64,000 nucleotides of DNA from Candidatus Izemoplasma sp. (lineage in GTDB: Bacteria; Bacillota_I; Bacilli_A; Izemoplasmatales; Izemoplasmataceae). The stretch is from the NCBI GenBank assembly GCA_021736205.1, contig JAIPGF010000003.1, forward strand, positions 7,772 to 71,771, in the 5' to 3' direction. This document shows, piece after piece, positions 61,401 through 64,000 of this stretch (the first letter of the stretch is position 1; each line of letters opens with the position of its first letter). The position numbers and the translations under genes are program-made. The notes beneath the pieces are model-generated. The model saw only the letters and a list, made by a program, of their open reading frames with translations, was not told the origin of the DNA and made no database searches.

Positions 61401-62768
61401 TTAAACTAATCCAAGAGCAAATCCTAATATAAATAATGCAGCAAGTACATACATTACAACATTAACTTCTTTTGCTTTTCCTTGAGATACCATTACAATC
61501 GGATAGAAAACAAATCCAACAGCAATCCCAGTCGCAATACTAAATGTTAATACCATCATAATGATCGTTAAGAATGCTGGAATAACAATTGCTTTATCTG
61601 ACCAATCAATATCTTTTAATTGAGTAACCATTAATGTTCCTACCATCACGAGTGCCATTGCTGTTACTGGACTATAAGCAACACCGCCAATAATAACACC
61701 ATTAACAATACTCAGTAGTGGGAAAACAAACAATGAGAGAATAAATAATCCTCCAACAACTACACTAGATAATCCTGTTCTAGACCCTTGTTCAATTCCT
61801 GTTGCACTTTCAATGTAAGATGTAACATTTGAAGTACCTAATAATGCACCTGTCATCGTACCAACACTATCTACGATTAATGCTTTGTCAGATCCAATAA
61901 TTTCTCCATCTTCATCAATTAACCCAGCTTGCGTTCCTACAGCCATTAATGTTCCTGCTGTATCAAAGAAATCAACAAATAATAACGCAAATATAATTCC
62001 AAATGTTTCAGGATGTTGGAACAATTCTCCAAATCCACTAAATGCTGCAAAGAATGTTTTTCCTATATCTCCCCAAAAATCAATGCCAGACGCAGTATAC
62101 GAAGGCATTTGAGCAGTTAAACTTGGAAAAATAGTTCCCAGTAGTAATCCTACTATAGCTGTCACGAAAATAGATATAATTAAGGCAAATCTATTTCCTA
62201 GAGAATGTAGAATGACAACAAGTATGATTCCAAAAATGGCTAGCAATACAATTGGTTGTGTTAAATCACCAAGTGCAACAAATGTCGCTGGATCCGCTAC
62301 AACAATACCAGCATTTTTAAGACCGATAAAGGTAATAAAGAATCCAATCCCTGCTCCAACAGCATATTTTAATCCAACTGGAATTGCATTAATAATCCTT
62401 TTTCTTAATCCTGTTATTGAAATAACAAAGAATAAGAATCCAGAAATTAATACTGCTGCAAGTGCTGCTTGCCAAGATAGTCCTAATGTTAAAACTAAGA
62501 AGTAAGTGAAAAATGCGTTAAGACCCATTCCTGGTGCCAAAGCAACTGGTAAGTTTGCCAGTAACCCCATTAATATTGATGCGATTGCTGCAGCAACTGC
62601 AGTTGCAAAGAATACCCCACCGAGTGGTATACCTGCATCAGCAAGCATATATGAGTTAACGGGTAAAATGTATGCCATTGCTAAAAATGTTGTTAATCCA
62701 GCAACCAATTCTGTACTGATTGAAGAACCGCGTTCTTCAAGCTTGAAATAAGATTTAATAAATTCCAT
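61401..62768 (-). CDS. NCS2/AzgA-family purine (guanine/hypoxanthine/adenine) permease
   Basis: 455 aa. The N-terminus FKLEERGSSISTELVAGLTTFLAMAYILPVN is typical of PbuG/AzgA permeases. It lies behind a guanine riboswitch. Confidence 0.9.
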   Translation of the reverse strand: MEFIKSYFKLEERGSSISTELVAGLTTFLAMAYILPVNSYMLADAGIPLGGVFFATAVAAAIASILMGLLANLPVALAPGMGLNAFFTYFLVLTLGLSWQAALAAVLISGFLFFVISITGLRKRIINAIPVGLKYAVGAGIGFFITFIGLKNAGIVVADPATFVALGDLTQPIVLLAIFGIILVVILHSLGNRFALIISIFVTAIVGLLLGTIFPSLTAQMPSYTASGIDFWGDIGKTFFAAFSGFGELFQHPETFGIIFALLFVDFFDTAGTLMAVGTQAGLIDEDGEIIGSDKALIVDSVGTMTGALLGTSNVTSYIESATGIEQGSRTGLSSVVVGGLFILSLFVFPLLSIVNGVIIGGVAYSPVTAMALVMVGTLMVTQLKDIDWSDKAIVIPAFLTIIMMVLTFSIATGIAVGFVFYPIVMVSQGKAKEVNVVMYVLAALFILGFALGLV

Positions 62769-62821
62769 TAAAAAAATCCTCCATTTTTTAGTTTTCTGTC
62801 CGGTTTGACATCATAACAACC

Positions 62822-62847
62822 AAAAAAATAGAGAATTACCTCTGTTA
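62822..62847 (-). terminator. weak putative terminator (expression platform of the guanine riboswitch)
   Basis: The minus strand reads AACAGAG-GTAATT-CTCTATTTTTTT, a short AT-rich stem plus T7, directly after the P1 3-prime strand. Confidence 0.4.
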
Positions 62848-62849
62848 TT

Positions 62850-62919
62850 ATATCATAGTCCCAAATGTTACGGTCTGGGGTAGAGACAATCGAACCTTAT
62901 TTTCGATCATATATGATAT
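62850..62919 (-). promoter_or_regulatory. purine riboswitch, guanine-type (C at the specificity position)
   Basis: The minus strand reads ATATCATA-TAT-GATCGAA-AATAAGG-TTCGATT-GTCTCTAC-CCCAGA-CCGTAACA-TTTGGG-AC-TATGATAT. P1, P2 and P3 and the junctions match the B. subtilis xpt aptamer (UAUAAU..GUUUCUACC..CCGUAA..GACUAUG). The junction 3/1 reads AC, so it is guanine class. Confidence 0.85.
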
Positions 62920-62979
62920 CAACCAACTTCAATAGTATCAGAAATTATCCTAAAACACAATAAAATAAAAACACTTTCA

Positions 62980-63003
62980 CAAAAAAAGCACCAAATGGGT
63001 GCT
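62980..63003 (-). terminator. terminator after the DUF1461 gene
   Basis: Stem AGCACC (62987-62992) / GGTGCT (62998-63003). On the minus strand it is followed by T7. Confidence 0.7.
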
Positions 63004-63004
63004 T

Positions 63005-63637
63005 TTATTTACTTATTCGTCTGATTAAAATGTTGATTAGTCCTAACGTGAAGCCTAATCCTAATAATACAATCAATCCACTAACCAACCAAAAGTTAGA
63101 GGGTAAAAGTAAAATTAATACATCATCATAGCGTAATAACCAATCATTGTTATCAAAAAACAGCTGATGAAATAGGGTAAATGTCAGATTGAAATCAATG
63201 ATTAAAGCTGCTCCAACAATACCAATAAATATAAGGGGTCCTTTATATAAATTTTTAAATGTTTCTTTTAAAAATTCTTTATCTTTCCGTAATAAATATA
63301 AAGCAATTCCAACAGAAATTAATAAACATCCTATCGTAATAACTCTCAATTCAGTATAGACATCTAATACATCTTTCATATGTCTGATTTCTACATCACG
63401 CATTATGACTGAATTGTCATCTTCATTTAGTCCAAAATACAATGTGTCATACTCATAATTTAAATAACCAATAATACGCTCTATGGCATAATCATGATCA
63501 TAATAAATATCGTCATGAGAGGCATAGAGTCCTTTTGAAAGTGTTAAATATGGTTTTGATGTTAGTAAGGTAACAATCAACATAACAACGACAACAGGCA
63601 CAGTGATGCTTAGTAAAACCTTACTTGTCTTTTTCAT
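63005..63637 (-). CDS. DUF1461/TIGR01906-family integral membrane protein (Lit-like lipoprotein intramolecular transacylase candidate)
   Basis: 210 aa with an N-terminal TM, a conserved E..HM.DV block (EIRHMKDVLDV) and three C-terminal TM helices. Confidence 0.55.
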   Translation of the reverse strand: MKKTSKVLLSITVPVVVVMLIVTLLTSKPYLTLSKGLYASHDDIYYDHDYAIERIIGYLNYEYDTLYFGLNEDDNSVIMRDVEIRHMKDVLDVYTELRVITIGCLLISVGIALYLLRKDKEFLKETFKNLYKGPLIFIGIVGAALIIDFNLTFTLFHQLFFDNNDWLLRYDDVLILLLPSNFWLVSGLIVLLGLGFTLGLINILIRRISK

Positions 63638-64000
63638 CTAATAGCCCCACTCTTTTAAAGATTGTATCAACATTTCTTAAAAAATAGTCTGTATCAAAGG
63701 CATCTTCAATTTCTCTGTTATTTAATAAAGATGTAATCGTTGAATCTTTTTTTAGTAAGTCTTCGAATAGATACCCTTTTTTAAAACTCTTCATAGCAAG
63801 TGGTTGAACTGTATCATATGCTTTTTCTCTTGATAATCCTTTATCGATTAGTTTTGTTAGAATACGTTGTGAAAAAATAACACCTTTAGTCAAATAAATA
63901 TTTTCTAACATACGCTCTTCAAAGACAGTTAATTTATCTAGAACTTTCATATATCTATTAAGCATATAATCAAGAAGCATCATTGCATCGGGAATAACAA
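63621..64000 (-). CDS. purB: adenylosuccinate lyase, C-terminal part (gene continues beyond the right edge)
   Basis: The frame is open to the window edge (VIPDAMMLLDYML...). The C-terminal ADSL domain contains GVIFSQRILTKLIDKGLSREKAYD. Confidence 0.85.
   Translation of the reverse strand, partial: VIPDAMMLLDYMLNRYMKVLDKLTVFEERMLENIYLTKGVIFSQRILTKLIDKGLSREKAYDTVQPLAMKSFKKGYLFEDLLKKDSTITSLLNNREIEDAFDTDYFLRNVDTIFKRVGLLDEKDK

Noticed and set aside
61885-62751. Four plus-strand ORFs opposite the NCS2 permease gene
   Set aside because: They are shadow ORFs produced by the Ala/Gly/Ile-rich membrane protein gene on the other strand.

Overview
This is a low-GC (about 30 percent), gene-dense chromosomal window from a monoderm Firmicutes/Mollicutes-related bacterium. 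It uses the standard genetic code: TGA acts as a stop, e.g. at 6825-6827. Most of the window is minus-strand housekeeping. Recognisable genes are tex, acpS, whiA, trxB, lgt, hprK, uvrA, ligA, pcrA, csp, glnS, tsaD-rimI-tsaB-tsaE, pgi, ispF-ispD, cdaA, nrdJ, hflX, dusB, hslO, glnA, glyA, pyrR and purB. There are also three tRNAs (Val-TAC, Glu-TTC, Ser-GCT), a guanine riboswitch in front of an NCS2 purine permease, and an ANTAR regulator in front of an attenuated glnA leader. The left edge carries a binding-protein / YesM-type kinase / YesN-type regulator sugar-sensing module. The stand-out region is about 4.9-11.6 kb. It starts with a heliorhodopsin gene. Next to it is a locus of four small secreted proteins, three of them mutually paralogous and three carrying TasA/SipW-cognate-type signal peptides (..GTFAYWAS..). 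One of these proteins has a CBM5/12 chitin-binding-like tail. The locus also holds three tandem SipW-type (ER/archaeal-type) signal peptidase genes, and the middle one has lost the catalytic Ser and His. The locus is bracketed on opposite strands by two leaders that look like c-di-GMP-I (GEMM-I) riboswitches, each behind a consensus promoter. A membrane GGDEF + HD-GYP enzyme is encoded immediately beside it. I read this as a c-di-GMP-gated TasA-like fibre/adhesin assembly system of an undescribed composition. I saw no CRISPR array, rRNA gene or recognisable mobile element. All homology calls rest on motif recognition by eye and were not confirmed by any search.
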